DNA of 64,000 bases from Octopus sinensis (taxonomy: Eukaryota): positions 24,924,001 to 24,988,000 of the forward strand of contig NC_042998.1 of the NCBI RefSeq assembly GCF_006345805.1, given 5' to 3'. The notes under the pieces are model-generated. The model was given only the letters and a program-made list of their open reading frames with translations, did not search any database and had not been told where the DNA came from. The first letter of the stretch is position 1. Every line of letters begins with the position of its first letter. The translations under genes were made by a program, and so were the position numbers. Below are positions 48,874 to 62,558 of the stretch, one piece after another.

Positions 48874-50586
48874 ATATATATATATAAAATATATATATAT
48901 ATATATATATACATATGTGTGTGTGTGCATTTATATATTCCTCTTGTATGAACCATTTTAACCTATAGACATTCATCTTGATATAGTCCAATATCTACTG
49001 ATACAAACATTCTGGGTTTTTAAAGTAAGACTTTGAAAAGAATGTAGGAAATTAGCTGAAAGCATCACACAATAAAGGCTTCCACAAGGGAAGTGGTTAG
49101 GTTAGAGAATGTGAATATTTGTGTGAAATTTTCAAAATGGAAATAGATGGGCCATGAAGTGTGTCTTACGGAGCAAACCTTCGACTGATGTTTCATTGGA
49201 AGATGTGACAAACTGAGAGAAACATGGCTAAAGACAAAAGTGATGAGCAAGGATGACGAAAGAAATTGAATAGCAAGGAAATGACGAAACAACTTAAAGC
49301 CAGAAGTATGAGGCATGTGATCTCAAGAACCTAAAGTATTTTGTGAGTAGCAAAACTTTAATGTAGAAATATGCATGTTTAATTAACTGTTTTGATAATC
49401 TAATTAGTAACCACAACTTTCAATTATTGTATCTTCGTTGCTTCCTCCTATTCTGTTCATGCATATTTTACTCTTTCCTCTCCTTCTTTGAAGAAGCAAC
49501 CCTTGTCTCCATCAATCTCCTCTTTCACTGAAAAACTTTGAAAAGACCGATCCCTCTTGCTAGCTCCTTCTTCTCATTTCCCCCAGCCTAACGTTTATAA
49601 TACAATTATATGAATAAAAGACCTCTGGCTTCTTTAGTTATAGTAAAAATGACCTCTGTAGATAGTAAGTCTGTATTGTTGCTGACCTAATGAACTGGAA
49701 AAACCGGATTATATATTTTCAGGTAAGCCGTCTAGGAAAATAGCTGCTCCAAATTAAAACTGATGTAGAATAGTTCTATAAAGCATTCAAATATTGATGG
49801 CATGATAAATATATTTAATCCACTCTGTCAAAAGTGGATAATAAAGCATAACATATCCCACCACCATCAATAGCAACAATTTTTCCTTTTCACATCTTAA
49901 TGTTGTCAATGTAAGAACATCAGAAGATAAGTCTGGTGACATAAGTTGACATGCTAAAGTTTATGTACATTGTTTGCATGAAATGAAACTAAAATGTGTT
50001 TGAGCCAGAATCTTCTCAGACAAGAGATATAACTAGAAGCATATTTGGGAGGGCAATGATTCAGATGTATTCATGTAAATATGCTCTTAAGACAAGCGAA
50101 CAGATGTATTAATTGAAGTAGCTACAATAATTGATAGAGTAATTAAAGTTTGATTAATGATATGAATTAAATTGTTATTGGGAGAAATGTCTGAAACGAC
50201 TCAGGGGTATTTTCCTTCTCAGCATCAGTAAACAGAAAAATGAGAAATAGAATCGAATTATGAGAAGCTCTGGTTTAATCCCATGTTTGTCCCGACTGAA
50301 CAGATCTGTGATCAATTGAGTACTGACTTGACCATCCATCATTTATCCAAGCACAGCAAGTTCATGACCATGTTATCTAATATGTGTTTCTTTCCCAAGA
50401 TATACAAAGACGATTTCTTATCTATTTCTAACATATCAATGAATATAGACTACAAGTGTTATAGATTTAACATGACATCACATCTTACAAACCTCATTTT
50501 TACACAAATGGTACTACTCTTCATCTCCCTCTAACAGTGATTTCATCATCAATACTCTCAACAATACGCTCTTAAATATGGTTTCT

Positions 50587-51146
50587 GAATACAAATATCT
50601 TGGGTCATACATATCATCATCTGAAAAAGATTTTCTTTAGCTAGAAAGGGTATGGCCTGGTCAGCCTGTAATGACATGCATAAGATCTGGTCATCAAATC
50701 TAAGTAGAGATTTCAAACTTAAAATCTTCAAAGCCACAGTCGAACCAATTCTACTATATAGCTCAGAAACCTGGATGTTATCAAAGAAGCTTGAGAGACG
50801 GTTGGATGGAACTTACACTCACCTCTTCATGAGAGCTCAAAATCTCTCATGGAAGCGTCATCCAACCAAAGTACAAATTTATGGGAAACTACCACCTGTA
50901 TCATCTCTTGTGAAAGCTAGAAGAGTCCAGTTTGCTGGACATTGTTGTATAGCTGAAAACGAGGTAATTTCTACTCGTCTCCTCTGGAAGCCATCTGCTC
51001 GCGATACCAGAGGGTGCACACTCTCCAACCCTGATGTAATCTCCAGGGATACAGGTATCAAGCAACAATGCTATGATGGAACGTCAAGTCTGGCATAACA
51101 TAGTAAATTCCATTGTCTCGACCACGGTCAAACAATGATGATGATC
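50587..51146 (+). mobile_element. 3' end of a second RTE-like LINE lineage
   Basis: KYLGSY..SEKDF, AWSACNDM, VEPILLYSSETW, RRVQFAGHC; (ATG)n tail. Confidence 0.88.
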
Positions 51147-51929
51147 TAACCTTTTGCATTCAAGTACTATCTACATGCAGCCTAGATACTTCATACCAAA
51201 CACACACTGTCTCCATGAGCAGGGTCTTCAAAAAAAAACATCCTCCAATGATGTCATGCTGATTTTATCTCCTAGATCAATACAGCAACATAATTGCTGT
51301 GTATATTTAGAAAACAACAGACCACACTTACCATCCTAAACATGAACTCTTAAGATCATTACAAATACTAGACCTCATAATTAATGAGGTTCTCTCTCCC
51401 CTGGTGAACACTCATACCCAACATATCAAAGACTGCACCACAAACACAGTGCGCCCTGAAAATACTTTATTTCACAACAACCACTAATTCTTTTCTAAGC
51501 TCAGGTAAGACCCACAATGGAGTATTGCTCTCACATTTTAAACTCCTCTTTTGCAAAGAAATATCCTAGACCACATCCAAAGAAAATCTACCTGACTAAA
51601 TGGCAAGAAGCTACTTATAAATTCCCCACAACAGCTGTTTCACAGATGTGCTGCCTTATATCTGTGCTTTTCTACCTCTACCAATAAAGTCTCTCCTTCT
51701 CAAACATGACAGATTTTGCTCCAGTTCTACTCCCACAATCCCATTTTACTTGTTACCCATATTGTCTTCACAACTTCAGGCTATGAACCAATCTCTATGC
51801 CAAGTCATTTTTGCCCATAGTTCAATCCCTTGGAATTTCCTCTTTGCATATTTTTCTTGCAACTGTTCAAGAGGGACACTAAATGCATTGATCTTGCTGG
51901 TCACTGAGGGTCTTAGAATGAACATGGAC

Positions 51930-52330
51930 GGCGAGCTGGCAGAAACATTAGCATGCTGGGCAAAATGCTTAGCGGAATTTTGTCTGCCGTTACGTTCTGA
52001 GTTCAAATTCAACCAAGGTCGACTTTGCCTTTCATCCTTTCAGGGTCGATAAATTAAGTACCAGTTATGCACTGGGGTCTATGTAATCGACTTAATCTGT
52101 TTGTTCTCTCTGTGTTTAGCCCCTTGTGGGTAGTAAAAGAAATAGGTATTTCGTCTGCTGTTATGTCCTGAGTTCAAATTCTGTCGAGGTTGACTTTACC
52201 TTTCATCCTTTTGGAGTCGATAAATTAAGTTCCATTTATGCACTGGGGTTGATGTAATCGACTTAATCCTTTGTCTGTCCTTGTTTGTTCCCTCTAAGTT
52301 TAGCCCCTTGTGGGCAATACAGAAATAAGA
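51930..52330 (+). mobile_element. Tandem pair of family C SINEs
   Basis: gagttcaaattc...ctttcatcctt...tttagccccttgtggg occurs twice (~52000-52130 and ~52170-52315). Confidence 0.85.
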
Positions 52331-52897
52331 ATGACCACAGACTCGGTCCTTTATTCAGACCAATTTCCATTCTCAAGAAAAAAAGGAAGAAAAGTGCTTT
52401 GCATGCTTAGTTTGATATTTAAGGATGACAACAACAAAAGACATCTTTTCATTGATGACGGTTAGTTGGTTGGTTGGTCGGTCGGTCGGTCGGTTGGTCG
52501 GTCGGTTGGCTGGTTGGTTGGTTGGTTTGTTGGTTTGTTGGTTGGTTGGTTGGTGGAATGCTGAAATCATCAGGATGTACAGGTGCTCTGCTAGCTTAAT
52601 GTCTAGCGAATCAAATTTTGCACAAAGGTATTATCTTTAATGACTGATATACCAATGTCATTGGAAACTACTACAAGCTCATAGGAACTATGGAGGTTTA
52701 AAAATTCTATTGGAGCCACAATTCAAAAGACCAAGTTTTAAAACTAGCTGTGAAAGCGATAGCAAAGTTAGTGCAATTTCAGTCAGGACATGATACAGTT
52801 GTTTTTGTTTTATTGCTTGGTCAGGAGGAAGGGTGGTACCCATGATTCTTTACAGTGGAGTAGTGATTCAAAACCTCTGCTGCTAGATAACCAGTCA

Positions 52898-53012
52898 GAC
52901 GTCATGAGTGAACCACGACAGTTTCACGTGATTGGTGTATTAGTTGACCAATCAGCATAAGGCTATAGCATGACATGGTTTTCTTGAATGTTCTCCTTGT
53001 CTCTTATAAAAG
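52898..53012 (+). promoter_or_regulatory. Promoter-like motif cluster: CRE-like, E-box, two CCAAT boxes, TATA
   Basis: gacgtca 52898, cacgtg 52925, attgg 52931, ccaat 52948, tataaaag 53005. No downstream gene is seen. Confidence 0.3.
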
Positions 53013-53103
53013 ACCGTTTCGTCTCTTGATTAATTGCAGAATGTTGAAGGTGGCTGAGTGATGTGCACCTCCATTCTTACCATCAGATGGTTCATGACAT
53101 TTA

Positions 53104-53377
53104 TACATTACCACCTGTATCATCTCTTGTGAAAGTTAGAAGAGTCCAGTTTGCTGGACATTGTTGTAGAGCTGAAAACGAGGTAATTTCTACTCTTCTC
53201 CTCTGGAAGCCATCTGCTCACGATACCAGAGGGTGCACACTCTCCTACCCTGATGTAATCTCTAGGGATACAGGCATCAAGCAACAGGACCACCGTAATG
53301 CTATGATGGACCGTGAAGTCTGGGGCAACATAGTAAATTCCATTGTCTCAACCACGGTCGAACAATGATGATGATGA
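53104..53377 (+). mobile_element. Shorter copy of the second RTE lineage 3' end
   Basis: LPPVSSLVKVRRVQFAGHC...; closely matches 50890-51146; (ATG)n tail. Confidence 0.88.
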
Positions 53378-54879
53378 CATTTATACAGATGGCCAAGGAC
53401 CTCTGTTGTCATGGAAACTTGCGCAATTGACTGCATATATTTTGGGGCTGATTGCATGTTGCCACACAGATAGCTTTCCATAATTTCAGAGCAATCTAGC
53501 TGTTTCACAGATGGCTAATATTTATGTTGTTTATTGTAAATAGCCAAAATCCAATATCTTTATATCTGGCAATAAATATTTCAGTTAAATAATTGTGGGT
53601 TTGCTTGAATTATTATTTACACAGCCAATAAAATATATCTCCATTGATCAGCTCCACATCACACCAACCAAACTACCTTTCCTGACAACAACATATTTGA
53701 GTTTTTGGAAGGCAAGAAAACATCCTCAAACTGAAAACCTGATTCAAATGCTTGCAATGGAGTTGACCATACCAAAGGCTTCCAAGGAACAGATGATGAT
53801 GTTAAACCGAGTACAGATTAAATCAGCTTTTAATAAGATGAGGAACCACAGTTGTCATTTTTATCGTGTTGAAACTTCCAGAAAAATTTCTTAGCAAAAC
53901 CAAACAACTGTTGTTCACATTTCTTGGTACAGAAAAGGGCTTTGATGGTATTCTGCATTTCATAACCTGGTCAGTACTAACATTAATGAAATCAAAATCA
54001 CAATTAGTTACAGATTCAGTGGAACATTTTTATAAAGGCTGATACTAACTAGGAGTGTGCTCTCATCACCTTCAATTCTTCCTGATCTTTGAGGAAATGA
54101 TGTTGGAATTTGGAACCAGATGTCTGGAAACATTAGACATGAAGGTTATACCTTGATTACAATGCATATAATTTGGCATTCAGCATAAGCTAAACAAACG
54201 TTTTAGACATCTAATTACTGTTGCTGTATGCAAGTTGTGGTGTGGAAAAGCAAAAGATGGATGTATTAATCAACTATCGTAAATAAAAATGAATTATGTG
54301 AAACAGAAGGTAAAACTGCCTTGAAGTCCATACAAAGTCATTCCATAGGCTTTGTTGCTTCTAGGGGGCAATAGAAGCGAGGTTTTAGTTATGACCTAAA
54401 GACTAAGATGAATTGGAGGTGATTGAGAACTGATCCCTGGTGAACTCTGACCTTTACACTAATGTACACAAAATTCATTACTGTACTAGTTGCTAGCTTT
54501 CACCTTAATAACACATCTGTATATGATTTGGATGGATGTTATCAGCCATTTGTCCATTCTTAACTTCCATTGTGACCACCAGTTCAGGGAGCAAGAGACC
54601 CTTCAAAGGCTTTCTTCAGGCTGATGAATACCCAGTACAGGTGTTTATTTTTGGCTCAAGGTAAAGACAGAAGAAAACAAATGCTCCCCAGCTGGAAGCC
54701 TCGTACTATATATAGAAGGAAGAATTATACAATATCAAACAAACAATGGTTGAAAGTGATAACAACAAAGAGAGCGTGAATGGAACTCTCCAGCACAAAA
54801 CCAAACAGTATCTCATCAAGGGTTAACTTTCTTCCTAATTAATTGAACTGCAACACATTTTGTTATCTTCTTGACCCAT

Positions 54880-55050
54880 TCCATAGAACTCCAACAACCT
54901 CGCTCTCCCCTCATTTCTAGAACCAACGCTGTAACCTTCATGTACACCATGAAATACATTAGAGAGTTGTCTGACATATTTGTGGAAATCACCAGCCATG
55001 AAAATAAGGCCATTGACATTATTCATCCAGGTAATCTGCAAAAAGGCCCT
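54880..55050 (-). pseudogene. RTE AP-endonuclease fragment
   Basis: IFMAGDFHKYV...GVHEGYSVGSRNEG.RLLEF resembles the RTE APE motif GDFNGHVG...GxRNEEGxRLLEF. Confidence 0.75.
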
Positions 55051-57334
55051 CTTAGAAATAATCCTTTTGTTCATCTGCCTGTCCAGCTTGGAATGAATGT
55101 TACTGTTGTGTTATGAAACACAAGCCTTGGCTTAACAATCCCATCGCATACTTTGACTACTGAAAATGTATAAACATATGTAATATATTAAATCATGGTA
55201 TTTAAATACAGCAACATTTTTATTAATCTGTCCCTTATTCATAATAGCTAACTAGAGGCTGTTGTGGTAACCTTTTTTGCCATCTGTAATTGATAAATTC
55301 TAAAGATATTCTGTTCTGCTGCTTGTAATTCTGAGGGACTTCTGTGCACTTCAACATGTTAATGTTTTATTTTACCCTCCGGCCATGAAAGATGTGTAAT
55401 TAAGAAATTCCGTACTATTATTCTCATGACTGTGTTATCTCAGCTCAGCATAATTCATCGGAACACAGTTATCTAATCCCATCTTCTCCCTGGGCACTAT
55501 ATGATGAGAACAAAAATACATAAATAAATATGCGCACACACAAAGAGCAAGGAAAAATAAACTGCTGTTAAGTTCTAAAATAGATATTATAGAACTCATA
55601 TTAATCTTCTAGACACAATGTTAAAGCATTTCCTTCACATTGTATTCCAGATACATCTACATTATTGATTAGATTTTTCTTCTTTTTTTTCTCTTTTCTC
55701 TCTCTTTTTTTTTTTTTTTTTTTTTGCTTTTGTGTTTGAGAAAGAAAAATGCTTTTATGATTAAATGTGTTCTCTTTCATAATGAAAGACATTAAGTTTA
55801 AGGTTATGCTTCGTCTCTTCTTCCACCTTAACGTTTTATTATCTTCAGCTACTTCGTGTTTACAAGCACACAGATTCACACAGATACACACATACAAGCA
55901 CTCACACCACTGGCATACACTTATATGCGTATGTACCAACACACACACATACACACACATACATATATATGCATTTATGTGCACGTGGATGTATGTATGC
56001 ATAAAAATAAACTATATAAGATTATCTGCTGAAATATTTCCTGTAGGACCATTTTCTTGGTTTACTGTAGATTTATATCATAAAAAAAATGTATATTTAT
56101 ATATATATATATTCTCCATAGATTGAATTTTCTCTGGCTTTCTTTTTGTCTGTATTTCGTCTGATACAGATTAAATCTTATGAATTTTCAATGTTTAGGT
56201 GAAAGATCTCCCAAAACTAACACTTTTATAACGTGAAAATAAAATTAATAAAAATAGCGCAAGCTGATACATTAACACTGATTATTGGAATGGTTATGAT
56301 AGACTGATGAACTCAATCTGTCCAAATCTGTTTCTGGTAATGGCAGAATGGTAGAATGGTAGGTTGCTTCAATTTTTTTTTTTTTTTTTTTCAGTGGGGG
56401 AAAGAATATTTTTTTTCCTTTTTACTGTATTTGAATGGCCAGCATTAACAACCATCAAATACAGTCTTGATAAAATTAAGTCTGTAGCTAATACTATTTT
56501 CCAGATTTGTCATTTCTAGAGGCATAAATGTGTACTTGGCATTAGCTTTGTAAACCAATGCTTTTCCATTTATGAGATAAAAATAAAAAGAAAAAGCACA
56601 GTCATTTGATACTACAATTTTCAGAAAATTATATTTACATTTTCCTGCTTTGTTTGTTTGCTTTTGTTTGTAAACTTAGTGGCAAACATAGTAGTTTAGT
56701 AGATAAAGACAGAGGTAAATGCTCCTCAGTTGGAAGTCTCATACTATAATATAAAAGAAAGAATTTATACAGTATCAAATAAACAATGGTAGGTAGTGAT
56801 AACAATACCATATTCATCATCAGCATCATTGTTATTGTTTATTATCTTGATCACTAACAGGATGATAGACAATAGGCGTTTCTGAGTCATGTTGCTTAAA
56901 GTGCTTTAAATATAAGATACAATAATGGGTCTAATAGTAGATAAAATATTTCTTCCTTTTTTCTTTTTGTCTTCTTTTCTTTCTCATTTTAGTTATTAGA
57001 TTTGTGGACATGCTGGCACAGCATCTATGAATTACAAATGAGAAATTTTCACAGAGGCTGAATGAGGAAATTTTGGAGAGAAAATAAAAATGGAAAGGTG
57101 TTTGAGGAAACTGGTGCTGTTCTGCATAGGTAAAAAATTTATGGTGAATTTGGGATAAGAATTTTGGATGAACCAAATGGAGAACGAAACTGAAAAAAAT
57201 GTCTTTCCTTCAGACAAAGTGTCAGTAAAAAATGCCAGACTTCTCTTGTTTCCATGGCATACAAACTAAGCCAAACAGATAACCATCAACAAAGATTTTG
57301 TTGGTGTAAATTGATTAACATATATAGAAATAAA

Positions 57335-57678
57335 AATCAAATGGAAATTGTAGCTAAGATACCTGTGAGGTGGCACGTAAAAAGCACCATCCGAACGTGG
57401 CTGATGCCAGCGCCGCCTGACTGGCATCCGTGTCGGTGACACATAAAAAGCACCGACTGATCATGCCGTTTGCCAGCCTCCTCTGGTCCATGTGCCGGTG
57501 GCACGTAAAAAGCACCCGCTACACTCACGGAGTGGTTGGCGTTAGGAAGGGCATCCAGCTGTAGAAACACTGCCAGATCAGACTGGAGTCTGGCGCAGCC
57601 TCCTGGCTTCCCAGACCCCGGTCGATCCGTCCAACCCATGCTAGCATGGAAAGCGGATGTTAAACGATGATGATAATG
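57335..57678 (+). mobile_element. Family A copy
   Basis: Matches 42250-42796 with fewer internal repeats. Confidence 0.9.
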
Positions 57679-57989
57679 ATATTGCTATATAAACAAACAA
57701 ATATGATTTGATGAATGCTGACCATTTAAATTCATTATTACTGAAAGACCCAATCTTTGTCCATAGGACAGAGAGAGTTGTCTTATATGATATACCCATT
57801 TTAGTGGCTTTTTCATGCCATTATATATGTATAATGTAGTAGAGGTGATAACATTCATGTGAGTGCCAAGCTGTTCCAGTATCTCAGCCTTGCAGTCTTC
57901 CAGCGTAATAGCATGAGAGTTTTGAGTTGCCTCAAAGAGTTTTAAAGAACACCAGTATTTTCTGGTTTAGAGCTTAGCCCAGTTTCCAT

Positions 57990-58185
57990 GGCATAAAAGT
58001 TACTGAGATTACAACATTCCTCACCTCTGGATGGCATGCTGGCCCATTGTAAGTTTTACTTCCCAGCTACAACGTCAAATGAAATGTTTTGCTCAAAAAG
58101 ACAATTTACTGCCCAGCCTGGGAATTGAAACTACAATCTTATGATCACAAGTGCAACATCTTAACCACTTGGCCACATGCCTTCA
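57990..58185 (-). mobile_element. Degenerate tRNA-headed SINE (family H/F-like)
   Basis: Minus strand gaaggcatgtggccaagtggttaag...tttcaattccc...tttgagcaaaacatt. Confidence 0.65.
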
Positions 58186-58275
58186 CATGAAGCATACTAC
58201 AGCGATTTATTTGCACTGAGACAACATTTTGAAACTATTTTACTCATGTCAGTAAAGAAAAATATATATATAGGT

Positions 58276-58637
58276 GCAGGAGTGGCTGTGTGGTAAGTAG
58301 CTTGCTTACCAACGACATTGTTCCGGGTTCAGTCCCACTGCGTGGCACCTTGGGCAAGTGTCTTCTACTATAGCCTCAGGCCGACCAAAGCCTTGTGAGT
58401 GGATTTGGTAGACGGAAACTGAAAGAAGTCCATCGTATGTATGTGTGTTTGTCCTTCCAACATCACCTGACATCCAATGTTGGTGTGTTTACATCCCCCG
58501 TAACTTAGCGGTTCAGCAAAAGAGACCGATAGAATAAGTACTAGGCTTACAAAGAATAAGTCCTGGGATCGATTTGCTCGACTAAAGTTGGTGCTCCAGC
58601 ATGGCCGCAGTCAACTGACTAAAACAAGTAAAAGAAA
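58276..58637 (+). mobile_element. SINE family B, full length
   Basis: Match to family B. Confidence 0.9.
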
Positions 58638-59266
58638 AAATATTTATTTTATTTATTTCTTATTTTTATTTAGTTTCAGCTCACGAGCTGTGGCCATGCT
58701 GGGGCACCGCCATTATATTTAAAATAAAACCAAAAACATAAAAAATATAAAAAAAACAAGAAATATTTTACAGTTACCTATATTCTGTTTATATTCAAAG
58801 ATGGAGATTCAATGTGAAATTATGTAGTGCTGCATTGTTGTTAACTGAAATGGGGGAATTAGATATGTCAGAGAATAACATACAAATTTTCAGCTTTGAT
58901 CTTCTCATTTGGCTGTAATGAATAGCAAGATGCCTTATGCTTCGGATAATCAGTCGTGTTTATAAATCGAACAAAAATATGAACACCAACATTTCTAGCT
59001 AACTAGCTTCGGACTCACGCACCACTTCCTTTTAAAACATGTAAATATAGCTCACTTGTAATCTGTTCTATATGAAAACTGCTAGATTATTAGCCGCAGT
59101 AATGTGTGTGTGTGTGTGTGTGTGTATGGGCATGCATGTGTATATACATATATGTATGTTTATATATATATGTATGTATGATTGTATGTATGTATGATAT
59201 TGCACACACACTCACACACACACACACAGATGCACACACACACATATATATATATACATACATACG

Positions 59267-59352
<86 letters not shown>

Positions 59353-59556
59353 GTATATATATATATATGTGTGTGTGTCCTCCCAACAGCGTTTGACATC
59401 TGATGCTGGTGTGTCTACATCCCCCGTAACTCAGTGGTTCAGCAAAAGAAACTGACAAACTAAGTACTAGGTTTACTCTATCAGTCTCATATATATATCA
59501 TATATATATATATATATAGATATATATATATATATATACACACACATACATATATG

Positions 59557-59606
<50 letters not shown>

Positions 59607-59719
59607 TAGATAGATAGATAGATACATACATACATACATACATACATACATACATACATACATACATGCATACATACATGCATACATACATGCATACATA
59701 CATACATACATATAGATAT

Positions 59720-60041
59720 ATGGTGGTCGTCTACTCCTTATGCAGAGTTTGACTACCTCCTGTACCTACACCTTAGAACCATCATGGCATCTGGAGTGAC
59801 TTTTTAAACCAGACAATGTCCTGAAAAGACACAGAGAGCACATCCGATTTGGACCACCAAGAACTGCAGATAAGTTCTGATCTTCGTGGATCTTAAAATA
59901 TTTTTTGAGGTCTCTGTTGGATTTGGAAACCTTCTGGCATACACTGCATTCAAAGGTGTGCACAGACATACAGGCAGAATAGTTGAGGGAGGTTTGTTTT
60001 CTATGGGTTCGCAGATGAGATTTGAGCCCAGCAAAAGTAAA

Positions 60042-60043
<2 letters not shown>
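59720..60043 (-). pseudogene. LINE-like 3' end encoding three C2H2-type zinc fingers plus a terminal stem-loop
   Basis: One open frame: TFAGLKSHLRTH...FECSVCQKVSKSNRDLKKYFKIH...CSLCLFRTLSGLKSHSRCH, stop at 59766; hairpin at 59725-59757. Confidence 0.7.
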
Positions 60044-60127
<84 letters not shown>

Positions 60128-60238
60128 ATATGTGTATATATATATAATTTTAATCCAAACGGGAAAACAAAAAAACAACAACAATGGAACAATTACAGTA
60201 TTATTATTAATAGGCGCTCAGGAAATGGAAGCAGGGAG

Positions 60239-60273
60239 GTATGACGTTTCGAGCGGAGCTCTTCGTCGGAAAC
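60239..60273 (-). ncRNA. Minimal hammerhead-like motif, C4-variant core
   Basis: Identical to 46671-46705; shares the flank ttaatccaaacgggaaaac...ggcgctcaggaaa. Confidence 0.5.
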
Positions 60274-60475
60274 ATATATATATATATATATATAAGTTCA
60301 GCAACAGTTTAGATTCAAATGAATATGGCACTTAATTTAGATGCACCAGAATTTTTTATGGTGTTACCCATAAAAATATGCGGGGTGATTATAAGCAAAA
60401 CTGAGCAACAAGAATGAATCTGGTATTCATTCTTGTTGCTTATTTTTGATTATATATATATATATATATATATAT

Positions 60476-60648
60476 ATTAGTGTACATTTCTATACACAAA
60501 AGAGGTGACCCTAACAGAACACCTTACATGCTGAAAAGGGCAATTAAAACCCAAATCACAGATAAGAGTAATTTCAAAGGGAATGAAAAATATAAACAAA
60601 GATCTCCTGCTAGGGTCACCTCTTTTATGTACAGAAATGTGCACTAAT
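60476..60648. mobile_element. 173-bp MITE with 42-bp TIRs
   Basis: attagtgtacatttctatacacaaaagaggtgaccctaacag vs the reverse complement of ctgctagggtcacctcttttatgtacagaaatgtgcactaat: 4 mismatches. Confidence 0.88.
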
Positions 60649-60744
60649 TTATATGAAAAATATGTTGTCTATTGACTCTATTACGCATGCTGGCCACTGG
60701 TAGAATATTTCTCTAAATTTTCTATTCTAAATATTTTCATATAT

Positions 60745-60856
60745 ACGTGCAGGTGGCACGTAAAAAGCACCCACTACACTCACGGAGTGGTTGGCGTTAG
60801 GAAGGCATCCAGCCGTAGAAATACTGCCAAATCTGACTGATGATGATGATGATGAT
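60745..60856 (+). mobile_element. Internally deleted family A fragment
   Basis: ggtggcacgtaaaaagcacccactacactcacggagtggttggcgttaggaagg...tgatgatgat. Confidence 0.8.
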
Positions 60857-60967
60857 ACATACATACATACATACATACATACATACATACATACATACAT
60901 ACATACATACATGTATGTATGTATGTATGTATAAATGAACGCACACACATATTTCACCATCATGAAA

Positions 60968-61190
60968 TACGTATTTCTTTATTACCCACAAGGGGCTAAA
61001 TACAGAGGGGACAAACAAGGACAGACATAAGTATTAAGTCGATTACATCGACCCCAGCGCGTAATTGGTACTTAATTTATCGACCCCGAAAGGATGAAAG
61101 GCAAAGTCGACCTCGGCGGAATTTGAACTCACAACGTTGTGACAGACGAAATACTGCTAAGCATTTCGCCCGGCGCGATTCTGCCAGCTC
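60968..61190 (-). mobile_element. SINE family C
   Basis: Antisense to 51930-52150. Confidence 0.88.
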
Positions 61191-61199
61191 AACGAACCA

Positions 61200-62167
61200 A
61201 TCACGTCAGTGTCATGGTTGAATGAGAAGGAACTGTCTAGATATAGTACATCATCTCTTCTATCTAGTAGCGTGTCATTCATAGTTATGTTGGTAATTAA
61301 CCTGACGGAGGATAAGAACTTAATGAAACAACCTATTTGCCATTGCTTACGGAATGGATTTAAAAAAAACTATCGCTCTAGAAGCAATGAAAAACATTTG
61401 TGGGGTGTATCCGGATGCAGTGAAAGCTCGTACATGTGAGCTGTGGTTTAAAAGGTTTAAAAATGGCAGTTGTGACATATCCAACAAGCCTCACTCTGGA
61501 AGACGACCCACTCTAAATGACAATCTTTTCAATGAAACTCTTGTATTGGATAAACATCAAACGGGCCTTGGAGCCTTGCACCACAGGCAAAAATGAAAAG
61601 GACTATGGTTATCATGTAATGAGAGGCCAAAAATCCTTGTTCTATGTTTGGTGGAACATGAAGAGAATCGTCTATTACAAACTGCTGGAACATGGCAGGA
61701 CCATCAATGCAGACGTCTATTGCCAACAACTTGATAGTGTTGATGAAAAATTACGTTGAAAGCAACCAGCTTTGGCAAACGGAAAATGTGCTATTCTCCA
61801 GCATGACGATGCACGGCCACATTCTTCAAAAGAAACCCATTATCATTAAGCCGTGAAACTCTTCCCCATCCTCCACGCTCACCTGGCTTAGCTTCCACGG
61901 ACTTCCCTCTGTCCTGATCACTAGAACATTTTATAAGAGAACAAACATTCCGAAACAGTGAGGAAGTTGGAAACAGTATTTCGGACATTTTTTCAGGAAA
62001 AGAAGTAGGTCTCTTTGAGCGTGGCATAAAATGTTACTTTCCCATTGAATTGCAGCCGTTGAAAACGATGGTGATTACATTCTTGATTAAAATTTTTCAG
62101 GTAAACGTAGTTTACGTTCTTTTGATATTGTTTTTGATAAAACGTAATTACTTTCCGAACAGCCTAA
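61200..62167 (+). mobile_element. Mariner (Hsmar1/Mos1-like) transposon fossil, internally deleted, with 3' TIR
   Basis: CELWFKRFKNG, VWWNMK..VYYKLL..GRTINADVYCQQL, QHDDARPH, HPPRSPGLA; ends aacgtaattactttccgaacagcctaa|ta. Confidence 0.92.
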
Positions 62168-62176
62168 TATATACTC

Positions 62177-62558
62177 ATTTACTTTTTTCAGTCATTTGAC
62201 TGTGGCCATGCTGGAGCACCGCCTTTAGTCGAGCAAGTCGACCCCGGGACTTATTCTTTGTAAGCCCAGTACTTATTCTATCGTCTCTTTTGCCGAACTG
62301 CTAAGTGACGGGGACGTAAACACACCAGCATCGGTTGTCAAGCAATGCTAGGAGGACAAACACAGACACACAAACATACACACACATACATATATAAATA
62401 TATATACATATATACGACAGGCTTCTTTCAGTTTCCCTCTACCAAATCCACTCACAAGGCTTTGGTCGGCCCGAGGCTATAGCAGAAGACACTTTCCCAA
62501 GATGCCACGCTGTGGGACTGAACCTGGAACCATGTGGTTGGTAAGCAAGCTACCTACC
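62177..62558 (-). mobile_element. SINE family B
   Basis: Antisense match to family B. Confidence 0.9.

Noticed and set aside
49060-49330. KWK*MGH resembling the RTE KWRWAGH motif
   Set aside because: Too degenerate to delimit; possibly an ancient LINE scrap.
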